DNA of 64,000 bases from positions 47,182,001 to 47,246,000 of the forward strand of contig NC_047020.1 in assembly GCF_902652985.1 (NCBI RefSeq), in the 5' to 3' direction. Source of the stretch: Pecten maximus. Its lineage: Eukaryota. The position numbers and the translations under genes were made by a program. This document shows, one piece after another, positions 1-10,037 of this stretch; positions within the stretch are counted from its first letter, which is position 1; every line of letters starts with the position of its first letter. Under the pieces are notes generated by a model, which worked only from the letters and a program-made list of their open reading frames with translations, made no database searches and had not been told where the DNA came from.

Positions 1-123
1 TCGATACTCAGGCCTTACATGTTACCAATGTCTGTAGAATACTTATAACTAATACTCAACATTTATACTTAGAACAGTTGTTGCTGGTTGTTTATTATAT
101 TAAGTGCAGCATAGAGGGTAACA
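1..123 (+). mobile_element. 3' part of the 5' LTR of a Gypsy (Gmr1-like) retrotransposon, truncated by the window edge
   Basis: Ends in ...GGTAACA at 123, 5 nt before a TGG-starting primer-binding site and about 80 nt before a gag ATG. Confidence 0.5.
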
Positions 124-128
124 TATTC

Positions 129-139
129 TGGTGGCAGCG
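129..139 (+). promoter_or_regulatory. Primer-binding site, probably tRNA-Leu
   Basis: TGGTGGCAGCG is the reverse complement of the ...CGCTGCCA-CCA 3' end typical of tRNA-Leu. It lies just after a CA-ending LTR and before gag. Confidence 0.65.
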
Positions 140-205
140 ATTAGGGATTATCTTAACGAGAAGGACTCCGTTATCAAAGGGATAACGCTCGTGTAAGAAC
201 TGAAA

Positions 206-1181
206 ATGTCGGCTACTGAAGAAACAGAAACTGCTAAAATGACGGCAGCACAGACAAAACTAGAAATGAAACGACTTGAAATTCAAGCGGAATTGGAAAG
301 AGAAAAACTCCAAATGGAAAAGTTTAAACTGGATGCAGATGAAAAAGAACGCCAAAGAGAGGAAGAACGACAAAAAGAACTTATAAATCTAGAGAGGGAA
401 AAGATGAAAATGGAAGCTGAGGAAAAAGAACGAGACCATCAAAGGAAACTTAAGGAGTTGGAATTAGAGATAGAGAAAGCAAAACTTCACAGTGAGGAAA
501 GTAACACAAAGTACAACTCTGTGCCATTTAGACTTAAGCTTCAACCATACAATCATGCTGGCAATGAAGATATTGTGACATTCTTATCCGAGTTTTCTGC
601 ACTATCATCACAGGCAGGATGGACAGAGGAGGTCAAAATGCTTCAACTTAGAACCTTGTTAACAGGTGAGGCTAGAGCTGTGGCTATTCAAGCACATGGA
701 TCCTTTAAGGAACTAAGTAAAGCTCTAACGGAAAGGTACGGGAAAAGACCCTACCAATTTTTTTAAAAGGAACCTCAGGAGACATACAGAGGACTGATGG
801 CCAGGATCGAACAATATCTTGTTAGATTTTTGGATTCGGTAGAGGATACCATGGAGAAATTTAAGGAGGAATATTTTCTGAGTGCATTGCCAGCGTCACA
901 AGCACAGTGGATACGACGTAATAAAGGATCAAGCAGTGTGGTAGAGGCCGCTGAGGATTATATTCTGCCAGAGAGGAATGTAAGCAAACAAACTCACGGT
1001 AAGAGTTCCAATGGGAAATATTCTCACACTGACAAAGATCAGAGACAAGAAAGATCTGTGGATCAAATGAGAAATGTACAGTGCTACAACTGTAATAAAT
1101 ATGGACACTTTCCAAAAAAATGTCCGAAAAACAAGGAAAGAAAGAATCTTGCGGGATTTTTAGTGAAGCAGTATACGGGAG
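206..1181 (+). pseudogene. gag: Gypsy gag (coiled coil, capsid/SCAN-like region, CCHC knuckle); frameshifted and interrupted by the BEL insertion
   Basis: ORFs 206-766 and 797-: E/K/R coiled coil, 'DIVTFLSEF..L....GW......LQLRTLLTGEA' capsid-like motif and zinc knuckle CYNCNKYGHFPKKCP. Frame break near 766-797. The frame resumes at 17430 once the insert is removed. Confidence 0.85.
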
Positions 1182-2532
1182 TGTGCTGGACCAGCAGTAG
1201 GAATTACCTCCCTTGGTATAGCCTACGTCAGTACGTGATATTTAGTAGTTGTTTGTCATGAGTTATCCCCCGTAGTGTCGCTCTTCGTATTGCAGAAGAA
1301 CGCCAGAAATTATAAACACGTTTTACAGCGTTACAAGACCGCAGTGCATTTGTAAGTTTTTAGATATATTTTGCAATGTCAATATGGTATATATTGTTTG
1401 ACAAATATCACATAAGTAATGTGGATCGACGTTCGATTGTCAAATTTAGACATTAATTCAGTATTGTTCGGTTAAGCGATATGTTAGTATTTTTCGAAAC
1501 AGTGCAAGTCATTTCGTCCCATTTTATATGTATGGCAAAACAGTGCCTCGCTGATTACATGGAGCCTTTTACTTGTGTAACTAAAATGTAAAATTAATGT
1601 GTAGCATTACCTCCCATTGTTTGATTTACCATTAATTGTCATTTTATCGATAAATGCGTATTTTAAGTCTGTTAAGGAAAGTTACAGTCTCCTAGTCATA
1701 TGATTACAGATGTCAGTATTTAGTGCTGCTGTGATTTATTTGTATACACTGTGTAGTTGTAGTTATATAATAATATAGTATGCCAGTTTGAGTTTATTAC
1801 AATCTCCACATACATATATCTTCATATATATCCAAGGGTAATAAGTACTTCCCTATGTTTGTAGATTACTATTGATATTAGTGTTGTAACTGCTCACAAT
1901 GTATTTTACTTAATTGTAGAGCACATGTGCAAGCCTATTTTTTGAAATGCCTTAAATCAGAAGTCAGGCTAGGTGTCACCACAGCGTAAGTTTATATATG
2001 CATGTACAAGTATAGATCTATTATAGTGTGCAGTACAGTACCTATATATTGTAATGATTCAATCTATAATTGTTAATCACATGTGTGAATAGTTAAATAC
2101 TAAATTGTTATAGTGTTTATAATACTATCTATTAGAATGTTGTCTATGAGTTCGGTTCTCAGACATGATAATATGACCATTAACGATGAGGCTAATTGAT
2201 ATCAGAGTTAATATGTCAATAGTTATAGTAACAACAAAGTCTTTGATTGTACAATGTACCTTTAATTTTCAAGTAATTATATTGTTGATTTGTCAATATT
2301 ATGATACTAGTATTCAGTATTCTAGTCAACAATGTTAGCTATATAGGAAAAACAGTATGTTTAGTATGAAATAGAATATTTGTCACTATGTTAGGACTCA
2401 TAAGAGTATTTTGTTTCACATTTCAGTTCTTACGGTGTTAACTATGGTTTTAACTATAGTGTTATGTTGAATAAACAAGTTTGACGTCCGTTATCTGTCT
2501 GTCATCATTCAGCAAGAGTGAGTGGCGGATCA
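1182..2532 (+). repeat. BEL LTR copy 1 (1351 bp)
   Basis: Starts TGTGCTGGACC, ends GGCGGATCA, AATAAA at 2470; repeated at +7446 and +14892. Confidence 0.95.
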
Positions 2533-2591
2533 GTAAGAAGCTGTGACACTGACTATCCTGAAGCCAGTTGATTTAAGGTAAGAGTTTCAGC

Positions 2592-5500
2592 ATGTCTACC
2601 GCTGAGAAAACATTAGATGAGCAGCTTACCACAGCTGATGAAAACCTGGACGAGGTTCCTACCCCAGAGAGACAGCGGAGAGTTAGGACCCTGACACCTA
2701 AAGCTGCAGAAAACTATGGTAAACAGGTAGAGAAGTATCAGACGCTTATCAGATCAACCTGGCAAGATGTATATGGGTACATAAACAAAAGAACTGGTTC
2801 TTTTGAGGAAACCTTAGACGCTCTCAATGAGACTAAGAGGAATGTATGCCTGATATATGGGAAATATAGATTGGCATGTAGAGATTTCACCAGTTACCTA
2901 CATGCAAATTACACAGATGAAAGTATTCGTCTCGTTTCGATCCACACTCACGAAGATGGCAAGTGTGATGAATTGGTTCAGAGCATCCTAAAGCAGTTGG
3001 ACTCTAAACAAGAATTACTTGCAGAGAGGGTATCACAGCATTCAAGCAGTCACAGGTCTCACAGGTCTAAATCTAGTCGTACATCTAGTTCTAACTCCGA
3101 AGCATTGCGAGTTAGAGCTAAAGCTGAGAAGGCCAAGGCGGCTAAAGAGTTCATGAAGAAAGAAGCCATGCTGCTTAAACAACAAGCTGTGTTGGCCGAA
3201 CAGGAGGCAGTTTCCAAAGCTAAGTCACAAAGTCATCGACAGGAATTGGAAATAGACTTGAATATTGTGAAGGAGGAGAGAGAATGTGCAGAGGCTGAAA
3301 CCGAAGCAGTTGTGTATGAAGAGTTAAGCTCCCAGGGAGATAGCAGTGAGTCTGAGAACTTTACCTTACCTAAACGAGTTGAAAGTGCTTATGAGCGTAC
3401 TAGGAGTTATGTCAACACACATCAAAGTGCTGAAAGCACTGAAGGCACTGAGAGCACTGAGTTGATAGTGGAACCAACCAACAACCCAGTTACAGTCTCA
3501 CTGCCTGTACCGGTAACTACGACCAAGGATGAAGTTGTACCTTCATTAGTAAACTTCCTCATGCACAAGGAACTCGCATCCTCAAGACTTATGAATTTCA
3601 ACGACAAATCCAATTCATACCTTAGCTGGAAAACTACATTTCAGTCAGTCATGAAAGAAGCCTCCATTACACCAGGTGAAGAACTTGATCTTCTTGTGAA
3701 ATGGCTGGGTCCTGTGTCATCGACATATGCTTCAAGTATAAGGAGTAGTAATGGCAGCAATCCAGCTCTCGGCAAGAAACTTTTATGGGAACGCCTTGAC
3801 GAAAGGTATGGCAGTGCTGAAGCAGTAGAGGCAGCTTTACAAACAAAATTAGATAGTTTTCCTAAACTTATTGACAAGACCAAGATGTATGAACTTGCAG
3901 ATGTTCTCACAGAAATCGAAGTATTGAAGGATGATCCTAAATATCACCAGATCTTGTCGCATTATGACTCTCCATTAGGTGTGAGGCCGGTATTGACAAA
4001 ACTGCCGACACGTGTACAATCTAAGTGGACCGATCGAGCCTTTTCATACAAAAACACGAGACATGTTGCCTTCCCTCCTTTCGTATTTTTTGTAACCTTT
4101 ATAAAGGAAATGGCCCGACTGATGAATGATCCAAGTTTCGTGTTACAAAACGAAAAGTCGACCAGAGAAGATTCCAGGAATCCTGCGAGAACCAACGTCT
4201 ACAGACCAATCACAGTGAAGAAAACGGAAGTTAATTCGGGAGAAAAGGAAGTTAATGTCAAATTCTGTGCAGTTCATAACTCCACGACTCATTCCCTCAA
4301 TGAGTGCAGAGAATTCAGAAGGAAACCTTTGGCGGAGAGGAAACTTTTGTTGAAAGAACATAAGATCTGTTTCAAATGTGGTGAGACTAACTCACACATG
4401 GCTAAAGAATGCAAGGCCATCATTAAATGTAAGCAATGTGGAAGCAAACAACACCCTACTGGTTTACATCAAACTAATGAGAGTGAGCGTAAGGATTTTA
4501 GCCATTCAGAAATGATTCCTCATGGCGGGGAGCAAGTTCAAAGTGTAACAACGAAGTGTACTGCAGTATGTGGACAAGGAATCGGTGGCAGATCCTGTGC
4601 TAAAACTTTACTGGTAAATGTGTTTCCGGCTGAGCAACCAGAAAAGGCCATTACAGTTTACGCAGTGATAGACGACCAAAGTAATAGGACACTGATTAGT
4701 CCAGAGCTTCTTGACCAACTAGGAGTGCAGGGCGAGGATTACTGCTACATTATTTCTTCATGTACCGGAACTGCTCAAGCTTCTGGACGCAAGGCTGACG
4801 GATTAGTCGTTAGTTCGATTGATGGATTTTCGAGTCACTTACTACCGAGTACTATAGAATGTGATGATATACCACAAGACAGATCTGAGGCAGCTACTCC
4901 AGAGGTTGTTCTACATCATAGCCACTTAAAGGAACTGAAAGACCATATTCCTAAGTTCCGATCGGATTGTCACATAGGGCTTCTGATTGGAAGAGATTTA
5001 CCCGAGGCACATCAAGTTCAAAGGCAGATAGTAGGACCTAGACGAGCGCCATTTGCACAGAAGTTGAGCTTAGGATGGGTAGTTATAGGGGAAGTTTGCT
5101 TAGGCAAAGTGCACCCTCCTAGTACTGTCAAGGTAATGAAAACTGCTATAATCAACAGTAGGGGTTCTATATTCCAACCGTGTGACTTCAACCTGTATAC
5201 TAAAGAGAGTTCGGAGAACGACCACATCTTTGTTAAAACGAAGGATGATGAGAAGGTCAGTCTGTCTGTTGAAGATCGTCAGTTCCTTGATGTAATGAAT
5301 GAAGAGTGCCATAAAGATACAGAAGGATTTTGGACAGCACCTTTACCTTTTCGATACCCAAAGTCTAGAATGCCCAACAACAGACCTGTTGCATGGAAGA
5401 GAGCTATGATCCTGGATGCGTCTCTCAAGAAGAACCCTACAAAGCGAGAGCATTTTGTATCCTTCATGCAAAAGGTCCTTGACTCTAAAGCAGCAGAGGT

Positions 5501-5984
5501 AGCCCCACCTACAACTGACGAGGTATGGTACTTGCCCATATTCGGGGTGTATCATCCGAAGAAGCCCGATAAGATCAGGGGAGTATTCGATTCGTCTGCG
5601 ACTTACGAAGGCATTTCTCTTAATGGAACTCTCCTGTCTGGACCTAACCTTACCAATAGTTTACTGTCAATTCTCCTTCGCTTTAGAAACGATTTGTATG
5701 CAGTGACTGCCGATGTGGAACAAATGTTTTACAGGTTTCTCGTGAAGAAAGAACACAGAGATTTCCTGCGTTTCCTATGGTACAGGAACAATGATCCTAC
5801 TGAGGAACTAATAGAATATCGAATGCGAGCGCATGTATTCGGTAATAGCCCGTCACCAGCTGTTGCCACCTACGCCCTACGTAAAGCGGTTGAGGATGCC
5901 GAGAAAGATGTCAAGGATCTAGTTAACCAGGATTTTTATGTCGACGACTGTCTGCTATCTCGTCCTACCGCACTGATGTCGTGA
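2592..5984 (+). CDS. BEL/Pao gag-pol, N-terminal part (gag, Cys/His knuckles, aspartic protease, RT up to YVDD), copy 1; ends at a frameshift
   Basis: 1130 aa. Knuckles CAVHNSTTHSLNEC, CFKCGETNSHMAKEC and CKQCGSKQHPTGLH; protease 'AVIDDQSNRTLI'; RT motifs 'WYLPIFGVYHPKKPDKIRGVFD', 'ADVEQMF', 'FGNSPSP', 'FYVDD'. Confidence 0.93.
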   Translation: MSTAEKTLDEQLTTADENLDEVPTPERQRRVRTLTPKAAENYGKQVEKYQTLIRSTWQDVYGYINKRTGSFEETLDALNETKRNVCLIYGKYRLACRDFTSYLHANYTDESIRLVSIHTHEDGKCDELVQSILKQLDSKQELLAERVSQHSSSHRSHRSKSSRTSSSNSEALRVRAKAEKAKAAKEFMKKEAMLLKQQAVLAEQEAVSKAKSQSHRQELEIDLNIVKEERECAEAETEAVVYEELSSQGDSSESENFTLPKRVESAYERTRSYVNTHQSAESTEGTESTELIVEPTNNPVTVSLPVPVTTTKDEVVPSLVNFLMHKELASSRLMNFNDKSNSYLSWKTTFQSVMKEASITPGEELDLLVKWLGPVSSTYASSIRSSNGSNPALGKKLLWERLDERYGSAEAVEAALQTKLDSFPKLIDKTKMYELADVLTEIEVLKDDPKYHQILSHYDSPLGVRPVLTKLPTRVQSKWTDRAFSYKNTRHVAFPPFVFFVTFIKEMARLMNDPSFVLQNEKSTREDSRNPARTNVYRPITVKKTEVNSGEKEVNVKFCAVHNSTTHSLNECREFRRKPLAERKLLLKEHKICFKCGETNSHMAKECKAIIKCKQCGSKQHPTGLHQTNESERKDFSHSEMIPHGGEQVQSVTTKCTAVCGQGIGGRSCAKTLLVNVFPAEQPEKAITVYAVIDDQSNRTLISPELLDQLGVQGEDYCYIISSCTGTAQASGRKADGLVVSSIDGFSSHLLPSTIECDDIPQDRSEAATPEVVLHHSHLKELKDHIPKFRSDCHIGLLIGRDLPEAHQVQRQIVGPRRAPFAQKLSLGWVVIGEVCLGKVHPPSTVKVMKTAIINSRGSIFQPCDFNLYTKESSENDHIFVKTKDDEKVSLSVEDRQFLDVMNEECHKDTEGFWTAPLPFRYPKSRMPNNRPVAWKRAMILDASLKKNPTKREHFVSFMQKVLDSKAAEVAPPTTDEVWYLPIFGVYHPKKPDKIRGVFDSSATYEGISLNGTLLSGPNLTNSLLSILLRFRNDLYAVTADVEQMFYRFLVKKEHRDFLRFLWYRNNDPTEELIEYRMRAHVFGNSPSPAVATYALRKAVEDAEKDVKDLVNQDFYVDDCLLSRPTALMS

Positions 5985-8530
5985 AACGTACCCAGTTGGT
6001 GTTGAAGACTAACGGAAACATTCGTTTGCATAAAATAACCTCAAACAACCCTGAGGTGATGAACGCCTTTCATGAAGAAGATCAGTGTCAAACATTGAAA
6101 TCTTTGAACTTTGACAAGGATGCACTGCCGGTACAGCACAGTTTGGGCATGTCCTGGGACCTAAACACAGACTCTTTCAAGTTCGATATCCAGGTCAATA
6201 CTAAACCGGAAACCCGTCGGGGCATGCTCTCCACTTTAAACAGCATATTTGACCCGATCGGTTTCCTATCACCAATCACAATCCATGGTCGTATTCTCTT
6301 CAGGGAGATTGCTACTGGTACCGGATGGGATGAACCTATACCTACAGAGCAACTGGAAAAGTGGAATGTTTGGACAAGGTCTCTGGAACAACTGAAGGAC
6401 ATCTCCATTCAACGAATGTTCGTTCCTCTTTCCCTCAGCACATCGGACGGGGTAGAACTACATATCTACTCCGACGCCTCGGAGAAGGCGATTGCGACGG
6501 TGGCATATGTGGTTACTTTACACGATGGAATATACCATACTGGTTTTGCGGCAGGAAAGTCAAAGATAGCCCCAGTTAGAGGACACACTATACCTAGACT
6601 TGAGCTGTGCGCAGCCGTCATGGCAGTTGAACTTGCTGAATTTCTTTGCGAATCTCTCCATATATCTCTACAATCCGTGAGGTACTACAGTGACAGTAAG
6701 GTCGTTTTAGGGTATGTTAATAACAAGACACGCAGGTTCTACACATATGTTGCTAATCGCGTGGAAAGGATTTTGCGCAGCTGTCGAGCAGATCAGTGGT
6801 CATACGTCAATACTAGAGAAAATCCAGCTGATCTTGCTACTCGTTCTTCCACCAAGCCAGAGGATTTTGCAAACAGCAACTGGCTGCGAGGTCCTGAACA
6901 ACTCTATAAAAACTTTGCTATAACACCAAGGGAGTTTCCATTAGTAGAGCCAGATGATGACAAGGAGCTGCGACCGGAAGTCACAGTAGCTTCCCGTAAA
7001 ACTGTTTTAGAAGAAAGCTTCATTGACCGCTTACAAGATTTGTCTAACTGGCGCAAACTAGTGAATGTCATAGTCCTGATTAAGAGAGCTGCTCGTCGCT
7101 TCAAGGGAAAACTTACCCCGGACTCTCCGACTGAGAGCACAACACATCTAATCAAGGAATCTACTGCTGTTATCATTAGACTTATTCAAGAGCATGCTTA
7201 CCATGAAGAAGTTTTGTGTCTAAGGGAAGGAAAACATGTGCCCATGTCAAGTCACATCAGGAATTTGGACCCTTATCTGGATGGTTCTGGTGTCTTGCGT
7301 GTAGGGGGACGTCTAGGAAAGAGCGATCTTCCTATCGAGGAAACTAATCCCATAGTTTTACCTAGTAAACATTGTCTGACAAAGCTTTTAGTCCAGCATC
7401 ATCATAAAGCAGTATATCATCAAGGACGGCTTATCACGGAAGGTTCATTAAGAAACAATGGTTACTGGATAGTAGGTGCTAAAAGGTTGATCACCAGTAT
7501 CATTAGTAGCTGTGTTACGTGCCGGAAACTTCGAAGGCCCCTGGAACATCAAAAGATGTCTGATCTCCCTAAGGATCGACTTGTTCCAGGGCCTCCGTTC
7601 ACCTCCGTAGGTGTTGATGCCTTCGGACCTTGGTCCGTAGTCACTAGGAAGACGCGAGGTGGATCAGCAAACTCGAAGCGGTGGGGAATGCTGTTCACGT
7701 GTCTGACGACACGTGCCATACACGTGGAGGTAACAGAAGAAATGTCTAGCTCATCATTCATCAACGCTCTGCGACGGTTTGTTGCTATCAGAGGCAACGT
7801 GAAAGAAATACGTTCAGACTGTGGGACAAACTTTGTTGGAGCTGTGAACGAGTTACACATTGACAGCGTTAATGTTGGAGATGGACCTACTGCCTCTTAT
7901 CTCAATGATTCTGGCATCGTGTGGAAATTCAACGCTCCACATTCCTCCCACATGGGTGGAGTGTGGGAGCGAATGATTGGGGTAGTTAGGAGAATACTTG
8001 ATTCTATGTTAATGGGTGCTGCAGGCAAAAGTCTAACGCATGAGATTTTGGTGACATTCATGGCTGAGGTGTGCGCCATTGTCAACTCTCGACCAGTTGC
8101 CTCCATTTCGCATGATCCAAAATCCCCGGAAATCTTAAGCCCAGCTGTTCTTCTGAATCAGAAAGTGAATTACTATGACCCAGTTACAGCATTGAATTTC
8201 TCCGAAAGAGACATCTATAAGGGTCATTGGCGCAGAGTCCAGGCCCTCTCTGAAATGTTCTGGAAGAAATGGCGCGAAGGTTACCTTCAAACCCTACAGC
8301 CACGTAGGAAGTGGCAGGATGATCAACGAGACCTCAAGGAAGGAGATATTGTGCTTCTCCGAGATAAATCACTACCGCGCAACGATTGGGCGTTAGGAAT
8401 CATTCAAACTGTGTTTAAAAGTGAATGTGACAATAGGGTTCGCAAAGCTGAAGTTCGCGTCGCAAAGGACAACAGAGTGACTGTGTTAACGCGTCCGATA
8501 ACAGAAATGGTTCTTCTTCTTGAAAAGTAG
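5981..8530 (+). CDS. pol: BEL/Pao pol, C-terminal part (RT thumb, RNase H, integrase), copy 1
   Basis: 'LHIYSDASEKA', 'TIPRLELCAA', 'NPADLATR' (Pao RNase H); HHCC region 'HHH...HQG...CVTC'; integrase core 'GVDAFGP', 'RSDCGTNF', 'GGVWERMI'. Confidence 0.93.
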   Translation: MKRTQLVLKTNGNIRLHKITSNNPEVMNAFHEEDQCQTLKSLNFDKDALPVQHSLGMSWDLNTDSFKFDIQVNTKPETRRGMLSTLNSIFDPIGFLSPITIHGRILFREIATGTGWDEPIPTEQLEKWNVWTRSLEQLKDISIQRMFVPLSLSTSDGVELHIYSDASEKAIATVAYVVTLHDGIYHTGFAAGKSKIAPVRGHTIPRLELCAAVMAVELAEFLCESLHISLQSVRYYSDSKVVLGYVNNKTRRFYTYVANRVERILRSCRADQWSYVNTRENPADLATRSSTKPEDFANSNWLRGPEQLYKNFAITPREFPLVEPDDDKELRPEVTVASRKTVLEESFIDRLQDLSNWRKLVNVIVLIKRAARRFKGKLTPDSPTESTTHLIKESTAVIIRLIQEHAYHEEVLCLREGKHVPMSSHIRNLDPYLDGSGVLRVGGRLGKSDLPIEETNPIVLPSKHCLTKLLVQHHHKAVYHQGRLITEGSLRNNGYWIVGAKRLITSIISSCVTCRKLRRPLEHQKMSDLPKDRLVPGPPFTSVGVDAFGPWSVVTRKTRGGSANSKRWGMLFTCLTTRAIHVEVTEEMSSSSFINALRRFVAIRGNVKEIRSDCGTNFVGAVNELHIDSVNVGDGPTASYLNDSGIVWKFNAPHSSHMGGVWERMIGVVRRILDSMLMGAAGKSLTHEILVTFMAEVCAIVNSRPVASISHDPKSPEILSPAVLLNQKVNYYDPVTALNFSERDIYKGHWRRVQALSEMFWKKWREGYLQTLQPRRKWQDDQRDLKEGDIVLLRDKSLPRNDWALGIIQTVFKSECDNRVRKAEVRVAKDNRVTVLTRPITEMVLLLEK

Positions 8531-8617
8531 ACTATGGACTCTGTAAATGAAGAACTGTGTATTCTGGTTGTTTAACATTTATAATTTGTAGTAGAAAATA
8601 GTGATATTACTAATATC

Positions 8618-8627
8618 AGACGGGGAG
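8618..8627 (+). promoter_or_regulatory. Polypurine tract of BEL copy 1 (copy 2 at 16064-16073)
   Basis: AGACGGGGAG immediately 5' of the LTR-initial TG. Confidence 0.75.
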
Positions 8628-9978
8628 TGTGCTGGACCAGCAGTAGGAATTACCTCCCTTGGTATAGCCTACGTCAGTACGTGATATTTAGTAGTTGTTT
8701 GTCATGAGTTATCCCCCGTAGTGTCGCTCTTCGTATTGCAGAAGAACGCCAGAAATTATAAACACGTTTTACAGCGTTACAAGACCGCAGTGCATTTGTA
8801 AGTTTTTAGATATATTTTGCAATGTCAATATGGTATATATTGTTTGACAAATATCACATAAGTAATGTGGATCGACGTTCGATTGTCAAATTTAGACATT
8901 AATTCAGTATTGTTCGGTTAAGCGATATGTTAGTATTTTTCGAAACAGTGCAAGTCATTTCGTCCCATTTTATATGTATGGCAAAACAGTGCCTCGCTGA
9001 TTACATGGAGCCTTTTACTTGTGTAACTAAAATGTAAAATTAATGTGTAGCATTACCTCCCATTGTTTGATTTACCATTAATTGTCATTTTATCGATAAA
9101 TGCGTATTTTAAGTCTGTTAAGGAAAGTTACAGTCTCCTAGTCATATGATTACAGATGTCAGTATTTAGTGCTGCTGTGATTTATTTGTATACACTGTGT
9201 AGTTGTAGTTATATAATAATATAGTATGCCAGTTTGAGTTTATTACAATCTCCACATACATATATCTTCATATATATCCAAGGGTAATAAGTACTTCCCT
9301 ATGTTTGTAGATTACTTTTGATATTAGTGTTGTAACTGCTCACAATGTATTTTACTTAATTGTAGAGCACATGTGCAAGCCTATTTTTTGAAATGCCTTA
9401 AATCAGAAGTCAGGCTAGGTGTCACCACAGCGTAAGTTTATATATGCATGTACAAGTATAGATCTATTATAGTGTGCAGTACAGTACCTATATATTGTAA
9501 TGATTCAATCTATAATTGTTAATCACATGTGTGAATAGTTAAATACTAAATTGTTATAGTGTTTATAATACTATCTATTAGAATGTTGTCTATGAGTTCG
9601 GTTCTCAGACATGATAATATGACCATTAACGATGAGGCTAATTGATATCAGAGTTAATATGTCAATAGTTATAGTAACAACAAAGTCTTTGATTGTACAA
9701 TGTACCTTTAATTTTCAAGTAATTATATTGTTGATTTGTCAATATTATGATACTAGTATTCAGTATTCTAGTCAACAATGTTAGCTATATAGGAAAAACA
9801 GTATGTTTAGTATGAAATAGAATATTTGTCACTATGTTAGGACTCATAAGAGTATTTTGTTTCACATTTCAGTTCTTACGGTGTTAACTATGGTTTTAAC
9901 TATAGTGTTATGTTGAATAAACAAGTTTGACGTCCGTTATCTGTCTGTCATCATTCAGCAAGAGTGAGTGGCGGATCA
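8628..9978 (+). repeat. BEL LTR copy 2 (shared central LTR)
   Basis: Identical to LTR1 and LTR3 by eye except A>T at 9317 (LTR1 position 1871). Confidence 0.95.
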
Positions 9979-10037
9979 GTAAGAAGCTGTGACACTGACT
10001 ATCCTGAAGCCAGTTGATTTAAGGTAAGAGTTTCAGC

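Noticed and set aside
5970-5990. Programmed ribosomal frameshift between the two BEL ORFs
   Set aside because: The break is inside the RT domain rather than at the gag/pol boundary, there is no slippery heptamer, and residues appear to be missing.
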